Below are positions 28,978-37,297 of a DNA stretch of 64,000 nt, piece by piece. Numbering within the stretch: position 1 is the first letter of the stretch; every line of letters starts with the position of its first letter. The position numbers and the translations under genes were made by a program. Origin of the DNA: a virus; the IMG/VR virus record IMGVR_UViG_3300027869_000006, positions 32,001 through 96,000 of that record; one strand, 5' to 3'. The notes under the pieces are model-generated. The model saw nothing but the letters and a program-made list of their open reading frames with translations. It did not search any database and was not told the DNA's origin.

Positions 28978-29370
28978 AAACCATACCAGACCGGACCTCG
29001 CCAAACCCGGCCTTGCCAGACCGGGCCTTGCCAGACCGGGCCAAACCCGACTACACTAGACCTCATCATGCCACACCTCCCATACCATACCCATCCTTAC
29101 CGAACTGCGCCAGACCGCAACGTACCAGACCGCGGCAAGCCGGGCCGGACCCAACCTAACCTATTCCTCAGCAAACCATGCTATACCCCACCTGACCGTA
29201 GCACTCCTTCCAAACCGCACCATACCCAACCAAGCAGGACCCCGCGTCACCGCACCTGATCGGGCCATACCCCACCTGACCAAGCCGTGCCTACCTTGCC
29301 GCACCAAACCTCACCTCACTCAGTCTTGCCTCGCTGGACCTAGTCGCACCGAACCTGACCTTGCCGTGCC
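28978..29370 (-). repeat. (GGY-NN) pentamer array 2, 79 units; putative guide RNA locus
   Basis: 58/79 triplets are exact GGY and the rest are one mismatch away; phase slips at 29078-81, 29162-67, 29208-11, 29292-95. Confidence 0.9.
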
Positions 29371-30005
29371 ATAATCCTGCTATAGGCCAATTTCACGCAG
29401 AACTCAACGTCATTCCATACCTGGGAGCCAGTGAAGCGAAGAACGTACCAGCCTTGATCTTCAATCGTATGCTGTCGCATATAGTCTCTATTTCGGTCTC
29501 TCTTGTGACTATGGAACGCTTGCCCATCAAGTTCGATTACTATCTTTGCTTCAACATGGGCAAAGTCTACACGATACTTACTAATCCGATGCTGTCGCTC
29601 AAGAGGGATATCTGGATACAGCAGGCACCATGCTTCATAAAAGGCTTCCTCGATGGGACTTCCATTCTTGACGGATTGCTGAATTTCCCGTAAACGATTA
29701 CGAGCCTCATTAAGTGCAGCCTCACGTTGTTGATTAGCAAGTCGCAAGGCTTCTACTCGCTCTGCTTCTAGTGCTTGACGACGTTCTAGGGCCTGCTCTC
29801 GCTTCTCCCGAATGGTTGCTACTTCAATCTCTCTCTGGACAGATTGCTGATGCTCATTCGCACGACGCTTCAACTCCCTAGCTTCCTGAATCATACTAGC
29901 TTTCTCTGCCGCAAGTTGACGTTGTATGGCAAGTTCATGCTCTCTGTCAGCTTGAAGTTTTCGTTGTTGTTCTTGATAGTCGTTGAATGCTTGCCAGTCC
30001 ATCAT
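29340..30005 (-). CDS. Coiled-coil + DUF559/Vsr-like (PD-D/ExK) endonuclease
   Basis: SPIEEAFY...ERQHRISKYRVDF...IVIELDGQAFH...RNRDY.RQ..IEDQGWYVLRFTGSQV. Confidence 0.85.
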   Translation of the reverse strand: MMDWQAFNDYQEQQRKLQADREHELAIQRQLAAEKASMIQEARELKRRANEHQQSVQREIEVATIREKREQALERRQALEAERVEALRLANQQREAALNEARNRLREIQQSVKNGSPIEEAFYEAWCLLYPDIPLERQHRISKYRVDFAHVEAKIVIELDGQAFHSHKRDRNRDYMRQHTIEDQGWYVLRFTGSQVWNDVEFCVKLAYSRIMARQGQVRCD

Positions 30006-30007
30006 GC

Positions 30008-30181
30008 TTATTGTTCTCGTTTTGTAGGCTTTTGCTGTTTCTGTTGTACTCGTTCTAATTCTTGGTTCGCTAAACGGTCAAGAAGACTCACGATACTCTC
30101 CCCTGTGATGGCATGAAGCATACGCAAGGTGGTAAGTGTCCTTGTCCAGATGCGAGTTGTTTTGTAGTCATCGGTAGCCAT
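30008..30181 (-). CDS. Small RHH-like DNA-binding protein (57 aa, absent from the ORF track)
   Basis: Hand translation MATDDYKTTRIWTRTLTTLRMLHAITGESIVSLLDRLANQELERVQQKQQKPTKREQ; strand-helix-G.S-helix pattern. Confidence 0.6.
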   Translation of the reverse strand: MATDDYKTTRIWTRTLTTLRMLHAITGESIVSLLDRLANQELERVQQKQQKPTKREQ

Positions 30182-30187
30182 GAAGTT

Positions 30188-30216
30188 ATTTTACTACAAA
30201 CAAGTGTTCTTGTCAA
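30188..30216 (-). promoter_or_regulatory. sigma70 promoter of the array/Cas7-like cassette (leaderless)
   Basis: TTGACA-17nt-TAAAAT-6nt-ATG(30181). Confidence 0.75.
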
Positions 30217-30276
30217 GAGGAAAAGAAGACGCCCTTGACACAAGCATATACTAAGAGCAGAAGGGGGAATTTTTCT

Positions 30277-30837
30277 TTGGAACGCGGGTCCGTTATTCTT
30301 TTTGAGAAGGATGGCAGTCTCTTCAATTGGCTCATCACGAAAGCAACTCATGGTCCCTATGTCCATGTGGAAATTTGCCTGGGCGAGGAACGCCTGATCG
30401 GTGCTCACGGTAACCGTCGCGGCATCTATGAGCGTGATTGGGCCGATGCACCTTCGTTAGTGACGGAGGTCTCTCTCTCCCCCTATGCCGATGAAGAGCA
30501 CATCGAGCAGGCCCTTACCTGGGCGCAAGAGCAACAGGGGCATCCCTATGGATGGTGGGATATCGCCAGTCAGTCCATCAAGTTCTTGTGGCCAACGACA
30601 CCGCTCCGGTTCAGCAAGTCAGACGCATGGGGGTGTGCAGACTATGTGACCCGCTATCTGATACAAGCAGGGGTGGCCTTGCCAGAAGACTTCATGGACC
30701 CTGGGAAAAACTCGCCCAACGATATTGGACGGTTGTTCCATCTCGTTCCACAACGGCCACAACGCATCAGAAAACGGGAGAGAGAGTTGAGGAAAGGTCA
30801 TGCCATTGCCGCATTTGCCGCCTCCAGACGAGGATGA
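30277..30837 (+). CDS. Permuted papain-like (YaeF/YiiX, NlpC/P60 superfamily) amidase
   Basis: G.VILF...THGPYVHVEI (His first)...GHPYGW...WGCADYV (Cys later); TTG start 7 nt after AAGGGGGAA. Confidence 0.7.
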   Translation: MERGSVILFEKDGSLFNWLITKATHGPYVHVEICLGEERLIGAHGNRRGIYERDWADAPSLVTEVSLSPYADEEHIEQALTWAQEQQGHPYGWWDIASQSIKFLWPTTPLRFSKSDAWGCADYVTRYLIQAGVALPEDFMDPGKNSPNDIGRLFHLVPQRPQRIRKRERELRKGHAIAAFAASRRG

Positions 30838-31036
30838 CATCTATCTCACATCGGCGGAACTCGAGCAATTACTGGCCACGACCAAAGAAGTGGAGCAATT
30901 GCAAGAGGGTAATCCGACCGTCACGCAGGCACTTGCCGCCGATAGACAGCGCCGCAAACTCTTACGTCGTCTGCTCCACGGTGTTGCCAGGCAATGGCGT
31001 CACACGCTATCAAGTACCGAGCCAGGAAAGGACTAA
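30800..31036 (+). CDS. Hypothetical protein
   Basis: ORF with RBS, in an operon context. Confidence 0.5.
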   Translation: MPLPHLPPPDEDDIYLTSAELEQLLATTKEVEQLQEGNPTVTQALAADRQRRKLLRRLLHGVARQWRHTLSSTEPGKD

Positions 31037-31039
31037 CTC

Positions 31040-31423
31040 ATGTACAATCTCTTTGCTCACATCAAGTCTTTGTTCGCACACACACCAGCATCCGTCGTCC
31101 CCATGCCTGCCACCCCCTCGACAGGAGCCCTGACCACTCCTGTCTCTTCCCCTGACCTCGTTTCTGATCCCACCCCTCCTTCGATGAGAGATGATTTGCA
31201 CACACGTCCAGCAGCCTCCACTTCGGCAGCCTCGCCCTTGTCGTTACCGGAGACAGAGGCGTCTTCCGTGCAGGTACCTGCTGTTGTGTTGGATGAGCAG
31301 CAGGTGACGACGGCTCCCATACCAGAGACAGTCAAACCGAAACGAGCGAAACGACCACGCAAGCAGCAGATCGTTCCCATCATCGAGAGGGAAGAGTCGC
31401 CGCCGACTCGGCTAGGACTCTGA
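31040..31423 (+). CDS. Hypothetical low-complexity protein
   Basis: RBS AAGGA; Pro/Ser/Thr-rich, basic patch near the end. Confidence 0.55.
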   Translation: MYNLFAHIKSLFAHTPASVVPMPATPSTGALTTPVSSPDLVSDPTPPSMRDDLHTRPAASTSAASPLSLPETEASSVQVPAVVLDEQQVTTAPIPETVKPKRAKRPRKQQIVPIIEREESPPTRLGL

Positions 31424-31459
31424 TCTCTCTCTCCCTTTCTCGTTTGCCCGTCAGATTAC

Positions 31460-31715
31460 TTGACAAGCGGGTGCAGAGCTGATAGAATAGCCGAGGTTCC
31501 CATCCATTACATACATGCCCAGCATCGCCTCGTCTTCACAAGGGTGCTGGGCATGGTTATGTTGGTGCCGGTGGCAGGAAATGAGCCTGCGCCTCCGGGT
31601 TTGTAGCCCGGCGCTCTCTGAGCTTCACCGGCATAGGCTCTCCTCACCCCAGGTACAGGTAGAGGAACGCGAGCACCGTGCGGAAGACGCCCCGCACAAA
31701 CTCAGTAGGGATGCT
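31460..31715 (+). ncRNA. Candidate structured ncRNA with its own sigma70 promoter
   Basis: TTGACA-17-TAGAAT (31460-31488) followed by several stems (31514-26/31543-55; 31566-73/31626-33; 31678-83/31692-97); no convincing ORF. Confidence 0.45.
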
Positions 31716-31795
31716 ATGCGGCCAGACGAGATACAGCAGAGTGAGAAGGATCAAGGTGATCCAGTACCAATAACGACGCAAAACTCCACGCATGG

Positions 31796-32233
31796 TTAGA
31801 CTCCTTCCTGAGCAGGTGCTACTTCATCATTCAGTAGTTCAATACCTGCTTGTACGTATGCCTCTATCCAAGCAACTTCACGCCATCTAGGATTGACACC
31901 TTCATCGACAACTTCTAACGTTAACATCCAAGGAAGCATATGGGCATCTAAAATGGCTTGTATCCTAGCATGCTTGCGTTGATTATTATCAGAGAGCAAG
32001 AGGTGTTGCTTAAAACGAAGATAGAGGTTATTCGTCAATCCGATGTAGAAAACTTGATGGTCTCTTGGGTCAATGATCCCATAAATCACAGTGACATTTT
32101 CTTGGTAATATGCCCCTGTATTACCAGTAGATGCTATGCGACTATTGACACGATCCGATTTGTGACCATCATAGAAGGAAAGTTTTTTAATGGGGTGCTT
32201 GCCATCCTGGGCATGAGGTGATAGAGTTGTCAC
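31796..32233 (-). CDS. GIY-YIG-like nuclease domain protein
   Basis: VIYGIIDPRD..VFYIGLT..L..RF.QH...REVAWI...LLN; start uncertain. Confidence 0.7.
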   Translation of the reverse strand: MTTLSPHAQDGKHPIKKLSFYDGHKSDRVNSRIASTGNTGAYYQENVTVIYGIIDPRDHQVFYIGLTNNLYLRFKQHLLLSDNNQRKHARIQAILDAHMLPWMLTLEVVDEGVNPRWREVAWIEAYVQAGIELLNDEVAPAQEGV

Positions 32234-32331
32234 GATGCATCTCCGATCTTTAGTCAGATGTATCAACCGTCTTGAAGGCGTACTCTCGCCTTCAAGACAT
32301 AACAATTTACCCTCTCATTCTATCACATCGA

Positions 32332-32697
32332 TCAAGCTCCCTCGGCTTCTGAGGCGATTTCATTGGCAACCTCCGTTAATGGAAAATCAAAGCCTTCTGT
32401 AGAACAGAACTGCCAGAGAGTGTTGACAAAGTCCCGCCTCACTTCGAGAGGCCACACGGTAATATCTACGTCCTCTACCTCAGCCATTTCAGAGGCAAAG
32501 GCGTGAAACTGTTCAGGGGTACATGTCTCAACATCAAACGTTTGTTCCTGTCCTTCGAGACTGAAGGTCAATCGGTGCAGGTCCATGAGACTGAACTTTT
32601 TTATGTTTGCGGACTTTGCGGAAGTATTCTGGATATTCCCGTCGGTAGTATCGTCGCATTTGGTCTGAGACGTAGTTGTCATGAGGCCATACTCCAT
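32332..32697 (-). CDS. Hypothetical acidic protein
   Basis: ORF in a minus-strand gene run. Confidence 0.5.
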   Translation of the reverse strand: MEYGLMTTTSQTKCDDTTDGNIQNTSAKSANIKKFSLMDLHRLTFSLEGQEQTFDVETCTPEQFHAFASEMAEVEDVDITVWPLEVRRDFVNTLWQFCSTEGFDFPLTEVANEIASEAEGA

Positions 32698-33361
32698 TTC
32701 TAGACTGAACGAACGTTAATAAATCGATCACTTCTGCCTCTGTACGCTGTCTCCCCTTCTTCCCTTTAAACTGCATTTTTTTTGGCAGTTTATTCGCAGT
32801 CGGCGCGGGTGAAAAAATTAACGAAAAATTATCATCTTGAGGCGGCGGTGTTAAATTCTCATTAATTTTTTCATTTTCAGGGTGTTTAACGAGCGTTAAT
32901 TCTTTTTCATTAACAGGCGTTAAACTTTTTTCTTCTGGCAAGCGTGGAAGAATGAACGGGTGCCTGGAACGCCCAACTTCCGGTTTCGGTGCGGAAGCCT
33001 CGTGCGGAACTTCCGGTACAACCGAATGTACGATATGAATCTCACGTACCGGGTGCTGCTCCATAATATGTACAAGGTGAACAGGTTCCGTCTGTTGTTC
33101 CACTGGCCGGAATGGTGGTACGACCGGTCGAGGAGGGGGCAGAGGTTCCCGTTGCGGCCGTGGTGCTGGGTCGAACGTGCGCTCCTGGACCGGACGTGCG
33201 GGTGGGTGGGTCAGAATGTCCGGTCTGCGTTCGGGGCCTCGGCCTTCCTCTCTTTCCAGCGGTGTTAGTTCCGGTGGCCGTTCTGGTGGCTCAGTTGGTC
33301 GGCCTGGCTCAACTGAGCGTCCTGAAAATCCCGTTGTCCAGTCTCCCGTGTGCGTTTCCAT
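32534..33361 (-). CDS. Hypothetical Pro-rich protein
   Basis: ORF track; overlaps both neighbours, ends uncertain. Confidence 0.45.
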   Translation of the reverse strand: METHTGDWTTGFSGRSVEPGRPTEPPERPPELTPLEREEGRGPERRPDILTHPPARPVQERTFDPAPRPQREPLPPPRPVVPPFRPVEQQTEPVHLVHIMEQHPVREIHIVHSVVPEVPHEASAPKPEVGRSRHPFILPRLPEEKSLTPVNEKELTLVKHPENEKINENLTPPPQDDNFSLIFSPAPTANKLPKKMQFKGKKGRQRTEAEVIDLLTFVQSRNGVWPHDNYVSDQMRRYYRREYPEYFRKVRKHKKVQSHGPAPIDLQSRRTGTNV

Positions 33362-34122
33362 GTCTCCGGCTTGAAGATGTTGTGTGCCATGCCTGTGGCG
33401 CGTTCATGCTGCTGCCGGGCTTCTTCATCAATGCGGCGGCGGACAAGTTCTTGTGTCGTTCTTTCCGCTTCCTCTTGTTCCTGGGCGCGGCGGCGTCGCT
33501 GCTCTTTCAGGTACTTTTCCTCCGCGACTTCCTCAACGGCGGAGGTATCACCGGCGACGAACCGTGCCTTTTGTTCGGGTGTCATATCATCCATGTAGTC
33601 AATCGCGTCTTTGACCAGGGAATGGCCAGCCCGATGCTGTGCGGCCATGAGGTCGTACTCAACCGGGCGATTGACACTGGCGTGGATTACCTTGGCCTGT
33701 GCATAGGCATACCAGAGGGCCAGACCACCGAAGACGCCGACGACGGTCGCTTGCAGATACTGCCCCTGGCCGATGACCACCAGGCAGCGGAAGGCGAGGG
33801 AGGAGACTTCCAGCCCACCGACAATCCACTGGATCGCCTTCCAATTGCGCAGATACGAACCATCACCCTTCGTGGTGGCCTCATAGGCGTTGACATGCTC
33901 CCGCATGTACTCCCCAAGCACAAAGGCTTGAAATGCCGCGCCAAAGATGAAGAGGGCCAGTATCCACGCGCCAATCGTCTGTCCACTTTTCCCGAGCACG
34001 ATCTCGCCCAGGAACCCACCCAGCAGCAGCGCTCCGAAGGCAAACAGGCCGTGGACGACCAGTTCGACGATGATGGCCCATGCCAGGGAGACATGCTCAT
34101 TGTGCAAAAGTTTCACGTTCAT
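33265..34122 (-). CDS. Membrane protein (about 4 TM) with C-terminal coiled coil
   Basis: Hydrophobic N-half, charged helical C-half; RBS GGAAGGA. Confidence 0.65.
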   Translation of the reverse strand: MNVKLLHNEHVSLAWAIIVELVVHGLFAFGALLLGGFLGEIVLGKSGQTIGAWILALFIFGAAFQAFVLGEYMREHVNAYEATTKGDGSYLRNWKAIQWIVGGLEVSSLAFRCLVVIGQGQYLQATVVGVFGGLALWYAYAQAKVIHASVNRPVEYDLMAAQHRAGHSLVKDAIDYMDDMTPEQKARFVAGDTSAVEEVAEEKYLKEQRRRRAQEQEEAERTTQELVRRRIDEEARQQHERATGMAHNIFKPETWKRTRETGQRDFQDAQLSQADQLSHQNGHRN

Positions 34123-34843
34123 TTCCTTCCTGTACCGTGTGTCTGGTACACTTCCGAAGAGGGAGATGACCTTGACGCATCAAAAGTCGCAAGGTCACTC
34201 CCTTCTGTGCGTCTATGAATTGACAGACTACTTCAACACTGTTGGCGAGACTGCCAACAACAAGAGAATGACCACCGCGAGCAGCACAAGCAGGAGGACC
34301 ATATTTCCGGCCTGCGTACTCTGCCGACTGCGGTGGGAACGATGCTTCCGGTATCTCGTTCCGAATGTATTCCAACTTCTGGGTGGGATATATGGCATAC
34401 TCCTCCTCCTCCTTATGCCTGCCATTCTGCGTGGAAGGCGACGGCTGTGCGCCAGCCCGCGAGAAAGCCCTGGGCGAACTCCTCTTCTGGATCGAGATAG
34501 GCCCATCCCCGTGCGAGCAGTTCGTCACGAATGCGATGGGCTTCCGCCAGAATAGTGTCAGAATCGACTGCTTCCAGGGGGTTGCTCTGCTGGTTCGCCT
34601 GCTCCCCACCGGCGACGACCCCGCGATACTCCGCTGTCATGGCCATCTCTCCCTCCTTTCTTCTCTAGGAAAAGTAGAACAAACGGTCTATAAAATGTCC
34701 TTATTTACAGAGTTGCTTGACGTATGACAGTAGTACATGGTATAGTAGAAACGTAGACAGTGTATAGTGTAAGTGATACTCTGCCCTTTGTCAAGAGAAG
34801 AGGAAATCAGGTCTATCATTTCACAGAAGCGAATGAGGAATGT

Positions 34844-35710
34844 ATGCCAGAACTGCATGGGCAACAGCGGTCTCGTGGTCATATCAAGACCGCTCCACCC
34901 GGATTTTATACAGCATCACAGGCGATGAAGTTACTCGGTCTGGATCGACGATCATTTTACAATTATGTCAATGCTGGGAAAATCAAGAAGCATATTCCCC
35001 CACTTAAAGTTGAGGGATTTTATTTAAAGAAGGAGATCGATCAATTGGCTGCTGAAATCGCTTTATTCTTTTCTACCCACGAGGAAGAGGAATCCCATAC
35101 TGAAACACACATCGCAACCCCAGAAGATGCACAGGGTATTTATGACGTGCTCGAGAGCATGGGATGGAGGACAGCGAGTGTTGAGCAGCGCAAGAGGTGG
35201 TACCGAGCGAATCCACAGATCGACTATGTGGTCACTTCTAATGGGATCGTTCAAGGATACGCCGTGGCCATCCCTTACACTCCCTCTGCGCTCTTTGCCA
35301 TTATGCATGGGGACAAACGAGCCTGGGATATGACCCCCGCTGATATTCTCCCCTACCAGGCTGGCCGAACCTATGACGTCTATACTGGTATTGCGACGAG
35401 GAAAGATAGCCCGCGCCGTACCTGGATCGGGTTCCGTTTGATCGCCGGGTTCCTCTCTTTCCTGGAAGAGTTGGCGACCCGGCAAGGAGTCTACATCCGA
35501 CAACTGTGCGCCGTCAGCGCGGAGGAGGACGGCAAGAAACTGTGCCATGCTCTTGGCTTTGTCGAACAACCCGATGAACCAGAGGATGATCATTTTCCCG
35601 ATACGACGTGGAAACGCTATATACTTAACCTGGAAACCTCTGATTCATCCTTTGCCCTGCGCTATCGGGAGGCCGTTCGTCAAGCAAACGGGTCGGCAGG
35701 AGCGTCGTAG
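34844..35710 (+). CDS. HTH_17-like DNA-binding domain fused to a GNAT-like domain
   Basis: FYTASQAMKLLGL...YNYVNAGKI; IATPEDAQGI...GKKLCHALGF GNAT motif. Confidence 0.7.
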   Translation: MPELHGQQRSRGHIKTAPPGFYTASQAMKLLGLDRRSFYNYVNAGKIKKHIPPLKVEGFYLKKEIDQLAAEIALFFSTHEEEESHTETHIATPEDAQGIYDVLESMGWRTASVEQRKRWYRANPQIDYVVTSNGIVQGYAVAIPYTPSALFAIMHGDKRAWDMTPADILPYQAGRTYDVYTGIATRKDSPRRTWIGFRLIAGFLSFLEELATRQGVYIRQLCAVSAEEDGKKLCHALGFVEQPDEPEDDHFPDTTWKRYILNLETSDSSFALRYREAVRQANGSAGAS

Positions 35711-36688
35711 GTCCGCCCTTCCTCCAAGACTCGCTTCACTCTCTCCCAAACCATATCACAAAACTCTTCCATTGAACTCTCTGGAAAGAGCACCGCCTTG
35801 TCATGGTCTACCAGGAAGTTCAACATCTGGGCAATGGACAAGAGTGGCAAGGACACCCGTACCCACGCGCCTTCTTCCAGCGTGACAAACTCTGCTGGTC
35901 CTTCCAGCAACCGCGTCGAGGACCATTCCGCCAACTGTAATCGTGCCGTATGCGAGAGACTTGCGACTTGCTCCTGGGTAATGTGTTGTTTCATGACTGT
36001 CTGTTCCTTCCTTGACCCGAAGGTCATCTTCTGTGTTCAAAATAAAAAGAGAGAGAGATTCTGGGTAGGGTGGCACGGCTGCTGGTCGCATGTGTAGCCT
36101 CTGAATGGCTATAGGCAATGTTGGGGTGTCCTGATGACCGCTCATGCTCTGCTCCTGTTCCATCTCCACCACAGTGTTCCGCTAATGACGAAGAGACAAA
36201 ACAATGCCGCACCTATCGGCGGGAGACTCACCGCGAGGATGAAGGCCACCAGTACCAGCATAATGAGGAAGCCACCGGTGACGAGTTGGAGAAAAGCACA
36301 CAGGTACTCTCTCATGGTGTGCTCTCCCCTTCGTCATGGGCAACCGCTTCCCGATAACAACGGTTGAGGTGTGCTATGCCACGCTCCTTCTCAGCATCAG
36401 ACAATGCCGCATCTTCACGAATCAGCACCATATTCTCGATGGTGTCATCTATACGCCTGATGCGACTTTCTAGCACGCGTAACTGTTGAGAAAGCCGGAA
36501 GTAGCGCACTGCGTGGAAGATAAGCAAGGGGAGCGAGAGACTGATTTGCATACCAAAAGGAATGATCCATAACCACGGGAGATGATGCAGTTCTCCCTGC
36601 CATCCGAACAACGGAATGAGTGGCAGCATGGCAATGCATACCCACTGGAAGATGTCAGAGCGTTTGCGCTTCATAGCCGATATCTCTC

Positions 36689-37297
36689 TCACGAATGCCT
36701 CATTCCGTTCACTGCGGAGGCCATCACTTCTACCTGCGTGGTGAATTGTCTCTGTTGTTCCTCTTGGTACTGCCTCTCTTGTTCGGCTGCTGATGCATCA
36801 AGCAGAAATGTACCCTGCTCCCATTCCTCATGAAGTCTACGAAGGAACTTCCGTTCGTCATAACGCAAGCGACTAATATCATCGCGCTCCTTGACGGGTA
36901 AGGTGTGATCTCCAAGTGGAGTCATACACTGTGTCTCCCAGAGATATGGGGGCGTAGAGCGTGCCTGCCCCCGTAGACGTTCTTCAAGCAGAGCCATTTT
37001 TGTCTGTGGCCGGAGCGATGGGCTAGGTCCTTCTTGTAGGGGTGCCGGTTGCTTTACTACAGGCGTCACCGTGACATGCGGTTTATCGAGCCATCTCGTG
37101 ATTTGTCCGACGCGAGCAATGGCAGTGATCCAGGTCTGTGGGTCGGTTAGATCAGATGCCTCATCTTCTTCGATGGCTCTAAGCAAGAGCCGACGGAAAA
37201 TTTCAGCATCTACCTGAATAAGGAGTAATCCTTCGTACTTGCCCGTTGCCTGATTCAATGAGAGTATCGGGGGAGTTTCCTTGTGCTGACTACTCAT
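36689..37297 (-). CDS. Hypothetical protein
   Basis: Start re-assigned to MSSQHK behind AGGAAAGGA. Confidence 0.5.
   Translation of the reverse strand: MSSQHKETPPILSLNQATGKYEGLLLIQVDAEIFRRLLLRAIEEDEASDLTDPQTWITAIARVGQITRWLDKPHVTVTPVVKQPAPLQEGPSPSLRPQTKMALLEERLRGQARSTPPYLWETQCMTPLGDHTLPVKERDDISRLRYDERKFLRRLHEEWEQGTFLLDASAAEQERQYQEEQQRQFTTQVEVMASAVNGMRHS

Noticed and set aside
29082-29161. Decoded array-2 block resembling tnpB (LEAKAVSA, ~51363) in one orientation or the amidase (PP…LASNW, ~26004) in the other
   Set aside because: About 7 compatible residues with a degenerate alphabet is near chance across this proteome, and the two readings conflict.
28898-29259. 49-aa N-terminal extension of the 28349..29044 ORF and the Pro/Arg-rich ORFs over array 2
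   Set aside because: They are translations of the pentamer array; a good RBS sits at ATG 28897.
29212-29291. Decoded block containing G-I-P-W, like the methyltransferase motif GIPW
   Set aside because: Only four consecutive residues match; flanks do not.
27937-29370. Canonical CRISPR array or simple microsatellite
   Set aside because: No 25-45-nt repeats with spacers; the dinucleotides are too variable for a slippage microsatellite.
33112-34218. 368-aa plus-strand ORF
   Set aside because: Shadow of the minus-strand membrane protein gene.
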